A DNA stretch of 64,000 nt, taken from a virus. The stretch lies in the IMG/VR virus record IMGVR_UViG_3300030110_003594, positions 55,869 through 119,868 of that record; one strand, written 5' to 3'. This document shows positions 10,908 to 20,501 of this stretch, in pieces. The position numbers and the translations under genes were made by a program. The notes below the pieces were generated by a model, which saw nothing but the letters and a program-made list of their open reading frames with translations, did not search any database and had not been told where the DNA came from. The first letter of the stretch is position 1. Every line of letters begins with the position of its first letter.

Positions 10908-11578
10908 TATCTATTAATATTTATTTTATTATCTGAATCTTCTGCAGGAACTTTCATTGTATTTAGCAATTGATTCATAACTTGTGTTTCTATTTCAGCA
11001 AATAAAAATTCTGGAATATACATATTTTGTAAATATCTTGGAGTACAGTCATCATCAGGATCACAATTCCATTTAGATATATCACCTTCAAAAATACCTT
11101 CTATTTTTATAGCATCCCACTCTACGTTTGGAACATATATATAATCATTTAACCACCAAAAATATTTTGTTTTATTGTATTTAAATGATGTTGTTTTTGT
11201 CATAGAAGCATAAGTTCCAGGATTAGTTGGTTGCATTTCAATTGAACCATCTATTGAACTTACAGTACGTATAAGTGGTCCCCAATATCCTTCCATAAAC
11301 ATTGGAAGTTTTTCTTTAGTTCTTTTTATTGTACATCCACTTTGTATTCCACTACATTTTGCTTCAACCTTATCTACTTCAATTAATTCAACAAAAGGTA
11401 GTGATTGCCATACACTATTAAACTTCATTAATTTATTGGCATTATCTTGTCTTCTCATTAATAATTGCCCGTATTTTAATATAAGACTATATAGATACCT
11501 GTCTGTTACAAATGAGTCTTGTACTTCAGCTTTTATTGATTCTCTAACTCTAGAGACTACTTGACCTATTGTTGTCAT
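10907..11578 (-). CDS. Tail ring protein
   Basis: 223 aa, translationally coupled to the next gene. Synteny and a ring-like YFWWLNDYIY motif. Confidence 0.55.
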   Translation of the reverse strand: MTTIGQVVSRVRESIKAEVQDSFVTDRYLYSLILKYGQLLMRRQDNANKLMKFNSVWQSLPFVELIEVDKVEAKCSGIQSGCTIKRTKEKLPMFMEGYWGPLIRTVSSIDGSIEMQPTNPGTYASMTKTTSFKYNKTKYFWWLNDYIYVPNVEWDAIKIEGIFEGDISKWNCDPDDDCTPRYLQNMYIPEFLFAEIETQVMNQLLNTMKVPAEDSDNKININR

Positions 11579-11583
11579 AATTA

Positions 11584-12105
11584 TTATTTATTTTTCTTAT
11601 ACATATCAGCTACCCTCTTTTTATTTTCCATTCTAATATACTTAGTCCACTTTTTAGGGTAAGACTTAGCAACAGCTCTTTTAAACTGTCTAACAGCTTT
11701 AAATTGCCAAAGCTCTCTATTTTTAAAACGGTATTTAGTAGAATAATTTGTATAAAATATTTTAGCTACTTTACCATCAGTTTCCCAGTTTTTATTCTGT
11801 AAAACTTTACCATATTTTTTAGATAGTGCATAATCCGTATTTACACTTTTTGCAGCTGGACATGTCCCTATAAAAATGTATCCCAAAGAATCAGGGAGTT
11901 CTACACCATCTCTATTTTCTATAACTTCTTTCCATATCTTCTCATTAAATAGGTTAATAACTTTTTTAAATTTATCATTATCTATTTGAGAGTATATAGG
12001 ATTCTTTTCTTTAAATTCATTAATTAAATCCGCGTTTAAAAGCCCTAATACTTTTTCTCTGTATCTTGGAGCATTCAAATTAGGTTTTTTAAAATTGTTT
12101 ATCAT
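11584..12105 (-). CDS. IHF/HU-like DNA-binding protein
   Basis: Basic. GVELPDSLGYIFI and WQFKAVRQFKRAV resemble an HU/IHF fold, and crAss-like phages carry such genes in the tail block. Start moved to ATG 12105 because the track's GTG lies in a promoter-like motif. Confidence 0.55.
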   Translation of the reverse strand: MINNFKKPNLNAPRYREKVLGLLNADLINEFKEKNPIYSQIDNDKFKKVINLFNEKIWKEVIENRDGVELPDSLGYIFIGTCPAAKSVNTDYALSKKYGKVLQNKNWETDGKVAKIFYTNYSTKYRFKNRELWQFKAVRQFKRAVAKSYPKKWTKYIRMENKKRVADMYKKNK

Positions 12106-12117
12106 ATTATTACCATA

Positions 12118-12133
12118 CACTATAATTTACAAA
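12118..12133 (-). promoter_or_regulatory. Putative late promoter motif (TTTGTAAATTATAGTG)
   Basis: One mismatch to the identical 16-mers at 17641 and 20407. Intergenic, upstream of a minus-strand gene. Confidence 0.6.
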
Positions 12134-12154
12134 AAAAAGGTGATTTATTCAAGT

Positions 12155-13336
12155 TTATTCAGGGGAATATGTCAGTTCACATATCTCACCCTTATTAGGA
12201 GTATGTAAAGATAAAACTCCTGATCTTCTTGATCCTACAAATTTATTATGATAATGCCAATAATCTGTTCTTGATAAACTAGGTAATATCTTTAACATAA
12301 ATCCTGTATTTTCCTCTGCTGTTTTGTATTCTATTTTTTTCTTATGATGTAGGTGTCCTGTATATAATGTTCTATATAAAGTATTACCCCATTCTTTTGG
12401 ATACTCCATAGAATACAACATTAATGAATTTTTTGTATTAACATCACCATGTTCAAAAGCAAAGAAGTTATCTCCATATACAAAAACTTTTCTTTCAAGA
12501 TAAACTATATCCCATATTATATTATCATCTTTAAAGCATTTTGATAGAGCATGTGCTAAATGAAATGATGATAATCTATCATGATTACCTGGAATATATA
12601 CTATTTGTAATTCATCACAAAACTGCTTAAGCCAATTTATACTCCACTGTATTGCATCAAAAGCTTGCATATAAGCATCTGTAGCTGTCATACAGTTATC
12701 TAAAGGTGTTCCACTAGTGGTAGTACCACTCCATGTATCCATGTTGATTAGATCACCTCCTATAACGTAATATAATTTTTCTAGATGATGTGATCTAGTA
12801 GCTCTATCAGCAAGATCTATTATTGTTTCTTCAAAGCATTTATCAATAGTTTCATTACCTTCCTTACCAAAATGAATATCTTGTAATGATAAAACTCCAG
12901 CTGTTTTTATTTTACCTGGAGTTTTTATTCTTTTAACTAAGTTATGTTTTTTAGGTTTAAAGTCTTTTAATAATTCAACTACATTATCAACTTCATTATC
13001 TTTTAACTTTGTAACCATTGCAGATACTCTCCAATGATCACCCATTTGTTTATTCCAATAACTAGATAATTTCCATTGTGTAGTATCAATATTTAATACC
13101 TTAATAATTTCTTCAGGAGATTTAGGTTCAGAAGAACTGATTACTTCCATCTTTGCTTCTCCTTTTTCTAAATTATACTCATATGATGTAGAATTAGATT
13201 CAATAAGTTCTTGTGATTTGACATATTCTTTTAATTTATCATAGTCTTCTACTGTGATATTTAGTTTCTCTGCACAGTATTCAGAGGTTTTTTTCCATTT
13301 AAATGATGTTTTGATTTTTTCTAGTAATGATTCCAT
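12155..13336 (-). CDS. Calcineurin-like metallophosphoesterase with N-terminal HTH-like region
   Basis: Motifs DIHFG, GDL, GNHD, HGD and GHLHH. Confidence 0.85.
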   Translation of the reverse strand: MESLLEKIKTSFKWKKTSEYCAEKLNITVEDYDKLKEYVKSQELIESNSTSYEYNLEKGEAKMEVISSSEPKSPEEIIKVLNIDTTQWKLSSYWNKQMGDHWRVSAMVTKLKDNEVDNVVELLKDFKPKKHNLVKRIKTPGKIKTAGVLSLQDIHFGKEGNETIDKCFEETIIDLADRATRSHHLEKLYYVIGGDLINMDTWSGTTTSGTPLDNCMTATDAYMQAFDAIQWSINWLKQFCDELQIVYIPGNHDRLSSFHLAHALSKCFKDDNIIWDIVYLERKVFVYGDNFFAFEHGDVNTKNSLMLYSMEYPKEWGNTLYRTLYTGHLHHKKKIEYKTAEENTGFMLKILPSLSRTDYWHYHNKFVGSRRSGVLSLHTPNKGEICELTYSPE

Positions 13337-13384
13337 AAATATATTTTAATTAAAATTGGTGGCAATATACAAAAAAATATTGTA

Positions 13385-13419
13385 TAAAAAACAGAAGCCC
13401 CAGATTTCTCTGAGGCTTC
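13385..13419 (-). terminator. Intrinsic terminator
   Basis: GAAGCC(c)CAGA/TCTG(a)GGCTTC stem with a T-rich tract on the minus strand, after the fibre genes. Confidence 0.75.
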
Positions 13420-13462
13420 AAACAATTGCAGAGTTAAAACCAACAAACTGTCTCCACTTTTG

Positions 13463-14011
13463 TTATGCTATTGTACTTAAAAACAACTCTACTGAGTCAC
13501 ATGTTGCAGTACTTGTAGTTGCTGCAACTTTAAATTTATATGCTGTACTTGGATTTAATCCTGTTAATTCATATTCTGAAATACCTCCACCTAATGGTGA
13601 AGATGTTGCTAATATATAAGCTCCTGCTGCTGTTCCATAGTACACATTTATTGAAGTTGTACCTGTAGGTACACCAGACCACATTAATTTAACTGTAGTA
13701 TTAGTAACTGTATCTGCCCATATATGTGCAATATTACTATTCCAACATGCAGGATCTTTTACAAACAAGGCCATTTTTTGTAGTATGAAATCTAATCTTT
13801 CTCCTTTATTTACACAGAAAGTTTGACCATTTGTATTTGTTACACAAAAATTATCTTGACAATATGATACACATTCTGCACATTGTAAATCTTCACATAA
13901 CTCTGTTGTTGCCTTTCTATCACAATTATTATATGAACAAGGTGTAGTCATTGCATGATCTCTACAAGCACATGGTGATGATTTAGTATTTCCACATATA
14001 TTACAAGCCAT
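13463..14011 (-). CDS. Cys-rich structural protein with C-terminal fibronectin type III domain
   Basis: 12 Cys in the first 66 aa. FN3 hallmarks VKLMW and YELTGLNPSTAYKFKV. Confidence 0.7.
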   Translation of the reverse strand: MACNICGNTKSSPCACRDHAMTTPCSYNNCDRKATTELCEDLQCAECVSYCQDNFCVTNTNGQTFCVNKGERLDFILQKMALFVKDPACWNSNIAHIWADTVTNTTVKLMWSGVPTGTTSINVYYGTAAGAYILATSSPLGGGISEYELTGLNPSTAYKFKVAATTSTATCDSVELFLSTIA

Positions 14012-14030
14012 TTTTTTTATTTTTTAATTA

Positions 14031-17000
14031 TTAGGTACATGTTCCTATATTTTTCCAATGAGGTCCTGATGATCCTGCATCATATTGTGCATAATATTTA
14101 CCTGTTGTTCCATCATGAATAGCATACCATTGATTATTAATTAATTCATTCTTTCCTTTAATGTTTTGTGCAGCTGCAGATCTAGTTGAATATGCTCTAG
14201 AATTTAATATAGTTGCAGGGAAAGGTGTTCCTGGTGGAGTATCTCCTTCAGCTGATGTATATATTGGAGCATGTGTAACTGAACCAGCTGCTGTACAAGC
14301 ACTTGGTCCATCTACTGCACTATTTCCAAATCCAACAGCTCCTGCTCCTATTTGACCATATCCTTTAGCAGTAGGTTCATTTACATTACCTGTTGGTAAC
14401 ATATTGAACATTCCTCTAAAATATGTTGTTATATCAGAATTGATAGAATTATCTAATTCTACACCAGATTCTATATAAGCATGTACTGATGTGCTAGTGT
14501 TTGTTGTATCTTTTAAACCTGCTACACTAGTATGATATGGAATATCTGGACCTGCAACTGCAGCATCTAAGTAGCCAGCAAAATTTAGTCCTGTTACTCC
14601 ATTCCATTTATATTTTCTTAATCCAGCTTTTATACCCATATATTCTTGAGGTGTTAATAATGTTTGACCCTGAACGGCTGCAAACATTTGTAATGCTGCA
14701 TTAGCTGTAACAGCTGCTTCATCTCCAACAATATTTACAATAACTTGGTCATATGTAAATGGTTTATGAGTAGCTGTCCAAGGTGAACTAGCTAATCCTT
14801 GGAAAAGACCTGCCCATGCAGATGCAGAAGTTCCGTCATTTATATCTGCAATTGCATCCCAATCTTCTTCATATTTATAAGGTATAGAACCACCTGAAGT
14901 TGTAGGCCCAAAATTTGTCCAAGATGGACTTGTTGGTACTGTTGCTAAATCAGTATATGTACCACGTGTACCAACTGATGTAACACCGTTTACAAATGAT
15001 ATAATTTTAATATCCGTTGGATATTCTGCTGTTGCTCCTGACCAATAAGCTGGAAGTGTTCCTCCACTATTCATTACATTTGTCCACCATCCTCCTACTG
15101 TAGGCCAAGTTATAGATTTGTTAGTACCATCAAATGAATCAAAAGTACCAATATTTTCAACACATGCTTTTACATGTTTTAAATAATCTCCTGATCTATT
15201 TCCATTTACAGCAACATAATAAAAATTAGGTTTAGTACTACCTACAAATGTATTTCTAATATTATTAAATGAAGCTTTAATTTTAATTGCATTAGCTTCA
15301 TTTATACTTTGTGTATCAAAGAATACTATAACATCACTACTTGTATATCTTATTGGTTTTGCTGGTAATATTGAAACAGCTCTTGATAATACTACAGTAC
15401 CACAATCATTAGTTAATGAAACAGTAAATGAATCAGCTACCATGTTTGTATTATCTTGTATATAATTATATCTTACTTGAGAAGTTGATGTTGCTAAATT
15501 TGTTAAAGAACCATGATCTGGTTGTTTAGTAATAGTCCAAGAATATGTACCAGTTCCAGAAGTATATCCTACAGCATCTACTGTTACTTCAGTATTTCCT
15601 CCTTTATTACAATAATAAACTGGTTGAGGTGTATCTAAATATAAACCTGAACAATTACATGCAAATACAACTTTATCTATTGTTTTTGTATTTGTATTAA
15701 CAGCAGCATATACATATAATAAATTTCCTATAGGATCTAATAGTGTTCCAAAATATTTGAATCCGCTATCATTATTATTTCTATTAATAGATGTAGGTGA
15801 CAATGGTGAACCAGTCATACCTGTAACAACAAGAGGTGCTGTTGCTAGTTCACTATCTATAAATGATCCATTATGTGACCATCCTGATATATCTGTAACT
15901 GATGTATCTTGAATTACAATTGGTTCATTTGTAGTATCAAAACCAACAGTCCATTTTGTTTGAGTTACTCCATCATTATAAAAAGCTAAATCCATTGTAT
16001 TAGCTCCTGCTTTTAAGAATGTACTTGGAGTAGCTGTTAAATGCCAAGTTGCATCTGATGATACTCTTGCTTTAGTTGTGCATGTTGGAGCTAATGTTGA
16101 TACTACTTGAATTGCACATTGAGTTGGTGTTGAAGATCCTTTTCTTAATACTTCTACAAAAACTTGATATTGTGATGCTCCTGATAAATTTGAAAATGTA
16201 CCACTTATTCCAGAACTAAATGCTGTATATGAACGTGAATCTAGTAATTTACCTGTAGACGTTCTAAGTACTGCTGTTATTGTATGACCTGAATTTGCAG
16301 GAATTCTTATATTACTAACAGAAAATGGAATTGAATCACTTGTAACAGCTCCTATAGTTATATCAGGACATACTAATTCATTATCTATAGTAAAGTTTTG
16401 TACCTCTTGGCACATGTTATCTGCATTAGAACTACAAAATTCTACTTTTACTGAGTAATTGCTTCCTAAATCTAAATTACCCATATTACCTGCACCTATT
16501 GTATATGCAGTATTATTTTGATAATTTCCAGATACATCTACATATTTTACTAATGAATTTAATGATGCATCTGTTATAGTTACTTTTGTTCCTTGTGGAT
16601 TACAATCAGAATATGAAGTAGGTATATTTGTTCCTTGAAAATCTAAAGCAACAGCTGAGAAAGCACCTTCTGATGTTCTTGTGATAGATCCATTAACAGA
16701 ATATGTAATATCACCACATAGAGGATTTGCTACTGTTTCTTTTATACTTTGTACAGCATTTCTTGTATCATTCAGTGTTACCCATAAATTTTGTACTGAT
16801 TGTGCTAAGTTTACTGGGTTACCTATAAATTGAGGTATTGCACTCATTGTTCCACTACCACTTAATTTATCTCTACCTCCTAATGCTGGTGCAACATTTA
16901 AAGCTGTATTTATTGCAGCTGGTGTTCCTGTTGCTCTTTCTAATTCACCTAAAGTTTGTTCTGTAGCAACTACCACTGATTCTAATCCCATTGGTACACC

Positions 17001-17603
17001 AGGTGTTCCAACATATGAAGGTATAACCATTGAATGAGGATTTTCACCACCTCCAGGTGATGTTCCATGTTCATGACAACAATGATTTTCAATATGTGTT
17101 ATTCTACCTTCGTGATTTGCTACTATTGTATTAATACTACTTATTGCACTTATATTATCACAAATTTTATTTGCAAGAAGTTGTGCATATCCAAAATTTG
17201 AATTTGCATCATATAATGGTAATTCTGTAACTAATCTACCTGTACCTTCTTCTGTATATTTTAAACATGGAGGTAATGGTATAACACATGAACAAGGATC
17301 TGTTGTTTGTCCTGAGTTTTCACAACATCTACAAAGCTTATCAACTATGTTTGTTATTAAAGTTTGTACATCATTAGCTTGTCCATATTCACTAATTAAA
17401 CATCCTTGATTAATTGTAGCTATGTCTACCCCTGGTGATACACTTGTTGTATTAAGTATTTCATCACATAACTTAGCTATTATAGTACTTATAGTATCTC
17501 CTGTGCATACATCAACACATGGCAAATCAGGACCTTGCCAAACAACGCAATTTGAAGATGTTTCATCACATCCGTTAGTATTATTTGATTTATTTGGTAT
17601 CAT
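14031..17603 (-). CDS. Tail fibre/appendage protein (Cys-rich N-terminus, FN3/Ig-like repeats, degenerate vWA-like C-terminal domain)
   Basis: 1190 aa, Thr/Gly/Ser-rich. FSNLSGASQYQV is FN3-like and ITKQPDHGSL is Ig/cadherin-like. Confidence 0.6.
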   Translation of the reverse strand: MIPNKSNNTNGCDETSSNCVVWQGPDLPCVDVCTGDTISTIIAKLCDEILNTTSVSPGVDIATINQGCLISEYGQANDVQTLITNIVDKLCRCCENSGQTTDPCSCVIPLPPCLKYTEEGTGRLVTELPLYDANSNFGYAQLLANKICDNISAISSINTIVANHEGRITHIENHCCHEHGTSPGGGENPHSMVIPSYVGTPGVPMGLESVVVATEQTLGELERATGTPAAINTALNVAPALGGRDKLSGSGTMSAIPQFIGNPVNLAQSVQNLWVTLNDTRNAVQSIKETVANPLCGDITYSVNGSITRTSEGAFSAVALDFQGTNIPTSYSDCNPQGTKVTITDASLNSLVKYVDVSGNYQNNTAYTIGAGNMGNLDLGSNYSVKVEFCSSNADNMCQEVQNFTIDNELVCPDITIGAVTSDSIPFSVSNIRIPANSGHTITAVLRTSTGKLLDSRSYTAFSSGISGTFSNLSGASQYQVFVEVLRKGSSTPTQCAIQVVSTLAPTCTTKARVSSDATWHLTATPSTFLKAGANTMDLAFYNDGVTQTKWTVGFDTTNEPIVIQDTSVTDISGWSHNGSFIDSELATAPLVVTGMTGSPLSPTSINRNNNDSGFKYFGTLLDPIGNLLYVYAAVNTNTKTIDKVVFACNCSGLYLDTPQPVYYCNKGGNTEVTVDAVGYTSGTGTYSWTITKQPDHGSLTNLATSTSQVRYNYIQDNTNMVADSFTVSLTNDCGTVVLSRAVSILPAKPIRYTSSDVIVFFDTQSINEANAIKIKASFNNIRNTFVGSTKPNFYYVAVNGNRSGDYLKHVKACVENIGTFDSFDGTNKSITWPTVGGWWTNVMNSGGTLPAYWSGATAEYPTDIKIISFVNGVTSVGTRGTYTDLATVPTSPSWTNFGPTTSGGSIPYKYEEDWDAIADINDGTSASAWAGLFQGLASSPWTATHKPFTYDQVIVNIVGDEAAVTANAALQMFAAVQGQTLLTPQEYMGIKAGLRKYKWNGVTGLNFAGYLDAAVAGPDIPYHTSVAGLKDTTNTSTSVHAYIESGVELDNSINSDITTYFRGMFNMLPTGNVNEPTAKGYGQIGAGAVGFGNSAVDGPSACTAAGSVTHAPIYTSAEGDTPPGTPFPATILNSRAYSTRSAAAQNIKGKNELINNQWYAIHDGTTGKYYAQYDAGSSGPHWKNIGTCT

Positions 17604-17640
17604 AAATATTCTTTTTACAGCTGTAAATTACTAATGTATA

Positions 17641-17656
17641 CACTATAATATACAAA
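17641..17656 (-). promoter_or_regulatory. Putative late promoter motif (TTTGTATATTATAGTG)
   Basis: Exact 16-nt match to 20407-20422. Intergenic. Confidence 0.65.
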
Positions 17657-17691
17657 TTTATTAATAAACAACCAAGTGTTTAACTTTACTA

Positions 17692-19779
17692 TTATGTTTC
17701 AGGCGTACAATCAACAGTTAATTTTGTACACACAACTTTTGTTTCTTCAGGTGTAAGTGTAATATCTATCCTTTGTTGATCACAACCGCCTGTTGTTGTG
17801 AAACAATGACATACATCTATAGAGTGTTTTGTATTAGTACTAGCAAAATACTCTGTATGAAGATAAAAACCATCTTTATCTGTCATTCCCACTTCTCTGT
17901 TATCTATATAAATTGGGTAACATTCAATAGGGTTACCCTGATCATCTTTAACATATATACTTATACATTCAGCATCATTAATACATTCTTCATCTCCTGG
18001 ATTCCAAAAGGCTTCTAAGTTTGTTACAAAATCATCTTTTTCAAAACCTGAAACTGGTTGATCAACATTATATCCCCAATTATATTGATCAAGTTTACCC
18101 TTATTTGCAGTTACATAAGGATTAGTACCAGACGTTACTGCTGTTAAAGTACTTACACCATTTGATGGTGCAGATGTTAATAAACCTGAACCAACAGGAT
18201 TATCTCCTGATGTTATTGCTCCAATTACATGTAATGGAAATGCTTTATGAGCATCTTGTACAGTTTTTGGATATGCTGGATATATAAAATAATTAGCTTT
18301 ATAATCTGATCCTTGAGCTAAAAATTTATTATGTTCAATTACAAACTTATCATAATCAGCATTCCAACATGGTGTAGTTGCTAATGTTGTTCCATCTGAT
18401 CCACCACTAGCATGTATCCATGTAGGTGTAGTACTATTTTGATCTACATGATATGGTTGTGGGTATGGTTGTGGAGATGTAGCTTCATCAGCAAATATAA
18501 CAACTAAAAGTTCTTTACTTTGATTTATAGGAGGAGGACCTTGACTTTTTACCGGTAGACCTGAAGGAGTTACTTCACTACCACTATAAGTTGCAGTAGT
18601 AACACCGTTTCCATTATCATACCATTCTATATCTAAAGTATTAATCATATAATCTAAAACCCCCCAATACTTCCATGATGATTTTGATGATGGTGGTTGA
18701 GCTGAATCAACAGCTCCTCCTGTACCACTTGACCAACTTGGATTTTGAGGTCCTATAACTCCTGGTGTTCCTAATCCGTCTGAATAAGCTCCACCACAGA
18801 ATCCAGCATTATTAAATGCTCCTGTATAAGGCATTATAGCCCAATCTAACCATCTTTCTCCATATATTGAAGTATGATATACTCTACCATTAAATGCTCC
18901 TATAGCTCTTAAACCATTTAACCATTGTTCAACTATAATATGTGTATCTTTAACTTCTGCTACACCTAATGATGTTACATCATAAAAGAAATACATATCT
19001 GGATCTTGTCTTCTTCCCTCTCCACAAAATGTACAATCTAAACTTATATTATATTTACACCATTCTACTTTTTCTCCAAAATTTGTTAAATTACGTGTAG
19101 AACCATCTACAAAAGAATTTGGATTCCATGCTCCAATAGTTGTAGTTTTTACTTGATATAATTCTGATCCATCTCCATTTTTATCTATAATTATAGTTAA
19201 TACTTCATCTTCATCAGCACCATTTTTAGGATCTGCAGCATTAGTATTTCCATAAGTTGTTATTTTAAAACTATCACCAGGTACTGCAGCAGGAACTTCA
19301 CCATAACCTACAGTAAGAAATGTAGTAGTTTGATTAGCTGATATTGTACCATCATATTTTGCTAACATATAGATCTTAGTTTTTTCACGTACTAAATATG
19401 AATCTGCGTCAATAACAGCATCACTAAATTTTATAATTTGAGTTTTAGTTGTAGTAATTACTGTAGAACTAAGAGGTGTACAAGGTCTGCATACTTTTCT
19501 AACCCAATCAGGAATAGTAGCATTTTCAAATAACCACTTATAACTTTCATATCCTGTATCTGTATGATCTGTGTATCCTTTGTCTAGGTATACTGGTAAT
19601 TTTTTATCATCCCAGTCACAAAGTTCTTTTTTAGAAGTTATCTTTTCTAATTTATCTAATGAACAACACGGAGACAAGCCATATCTTTCTGATCTCATGT
19701 TTCTAAATCTTAGATCAGCAAATTCTTGTTCTGTCTGTATTTGTTTCTCTATTTCCTCATTTGTCTTTTTGCAACTCAT
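17692..19779 (-). CDS. Tail hub/fibre-associated structural protein
   Basis: 695 aa in the tail block. Shares a Rossmann/vWA-like segment with the 1190-aa protein. Confidence 0.5.
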   Translation of the reverse strand: MSCKKTNEEIEKQIQTEQEFADLRFRNMRSERYGLSPCCSLDKLEKITSKKELCDWDDKKLPVYLDKGYTDHTDTGYESYKWLFENATIPDWVRKVCRPCTPLSSTVITTTKTQIIKFSDAVIDADSYLVREKTKIYMLAKYDGTISANQTTTFLTVGYGEVPAAVPGDSFKITTYGNTNAADPKNGADEDEVLTIIIDKNGDGSELYQVKTTTIGAWNPNSFVDGSTRNLTNFGEKVEWCKYNISLDCTFCGEGRRQDPDMYFFYDVTSLGVAEVKDTHIIVEQWLNGLRAIGAFNGRVYHTSIYGERWLDWAIMPYTGAFNNAGFCGGAYSDGLGTPGVIGPQNPSWSSGTGGAVDSAQPPSSKSSWKYWGVLDYMINTLDIEWYDNGNGVTTATYSGSEVTPSGLPVKSQGPPPINQSKELLVVIFADEATSPQPYPQPYHVDQNSTTPTWIHASGGSDGTTLATTPCWNADYDKFVIEHNKFLAQGSDYKANYFIYPAYPKTVQDAHKAFPLHVIGAITSGDNPVGSGLLTSAPSNGVSTLTAVTSGTNPYVTANKGKLDQYNWGYNVDQPVSGFEKDDFVTNLEAFWNPGDEECINDAECISIYVKDDQGNPIECYPIYIDNREVGMTDKDGFYLHTEYFASTNTKHSIDVCHCFTTTGGCDQQRIDITLTPEETKVVCTKLTVDCTPET

Positions 19780-19796
19780 ATTCTTTTATTTAAATA

Positions 19797-20375
19797 TTAG
19801 CAACACACTGAACATGTAATCTTTTTCAGTTTTGCTTTTGCAAAATTATAAAGCTCCATTCCTTCATTAGGACTTTGACAATATTCAACCTTTGCTTTTG
19901 CAGCATCAATTAATGTTCTTATATATTTCATTTCTCCCATTAAATCTTTAAATGTTGATGAAGGTTCACATGGAGTTACATCCAACTCACATAACTTTTT
20001 ATAATATGTTGTAAGTATTTCTGTAGTTCTTAAATGATTATATTCTACATAAACTTTATCATTTGGAGAAAGACTGTATTTAATTATATAAATACCATCA
20101 TTTATAGATTTTCTTGAAGTAGAACAACTTGTTGATTGTAATCCTAATGCACACGCATTTAGATTTAATCTACCAAAGCCATCCCAATCTCCTGATGCAT
20201 CTTTTACAATTGTTGTTTCAATTATTTTTGGTGCAGTGTAACCTGGTGCCGTTATTGATATTTCAGGACAACTTACTCCTAATTTGGAGTCATATGAACT
20301 TGTATCAACAATAGGTAGTATTTCACAATTTGCACTATCTGGAATGTCTAGACTTAAAATATGTTTAACTGCCAT
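19797..20375 (-). CDS. Putative tail hub protein
   Basis: 192 aa. DGIYIIKYS motif and synteny after the auxiliary capsid gene. Confidence 0.5.
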   Translation of the reverse strand: MAVKHILSLDIPDSANCEILPIVDTSSYDSKLGVSCPEISITAPGYTAPKIIETTIVKDASGDWDGFGRLNLNACALGLQSTSCSTSRKSINDGIYIIKYSLSPNDKVYVEYNHLRTTEILTTYYKKLCELDVTPCEPSSTFKDLMGEMKYIRTLIDAAKAKVEYCQSPNEGMELYNFAKAKLKKITCSVCC

Positions 20376-20406
20376 AAAAAAATTATTTAGAAAAGTATAC
20401 TCTTTA

Positions 20407-20422
20407 CACTATAATATACAAA
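20407..20422 (-). promoter_or_regulatory. Putative late promoter motif (TTTGTATATTATAGTG)
   Basis: Exact match to 17641-17656. Sits just downstream of a terminator. Confidence 0.65.
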
Positions 20423-20443
20423 ATATTCTAGATTAAATGAAAT

Positions 20444-20473
20444 AAAAAGGGAGCAGATTTTTCTGCCCCCTTT
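20444..20473 (-). terminator. Intrinsic terminator
   Basis: AAAGGGAGCAGA/TCTGCCCCCTTT hairpin with a U-tract on the minus strand. Confidence 0.75.
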
Positions 20474-20501
20474 CTAATCTATGTATATAGAGTGTTAACT
20501 A

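Noticed and set aside
2051-20375. Diversity-generating retroelement targeting tail genes
   Set aside because: No reverse transcriptase and no adenine-mismatched repeat pair seen in this window.
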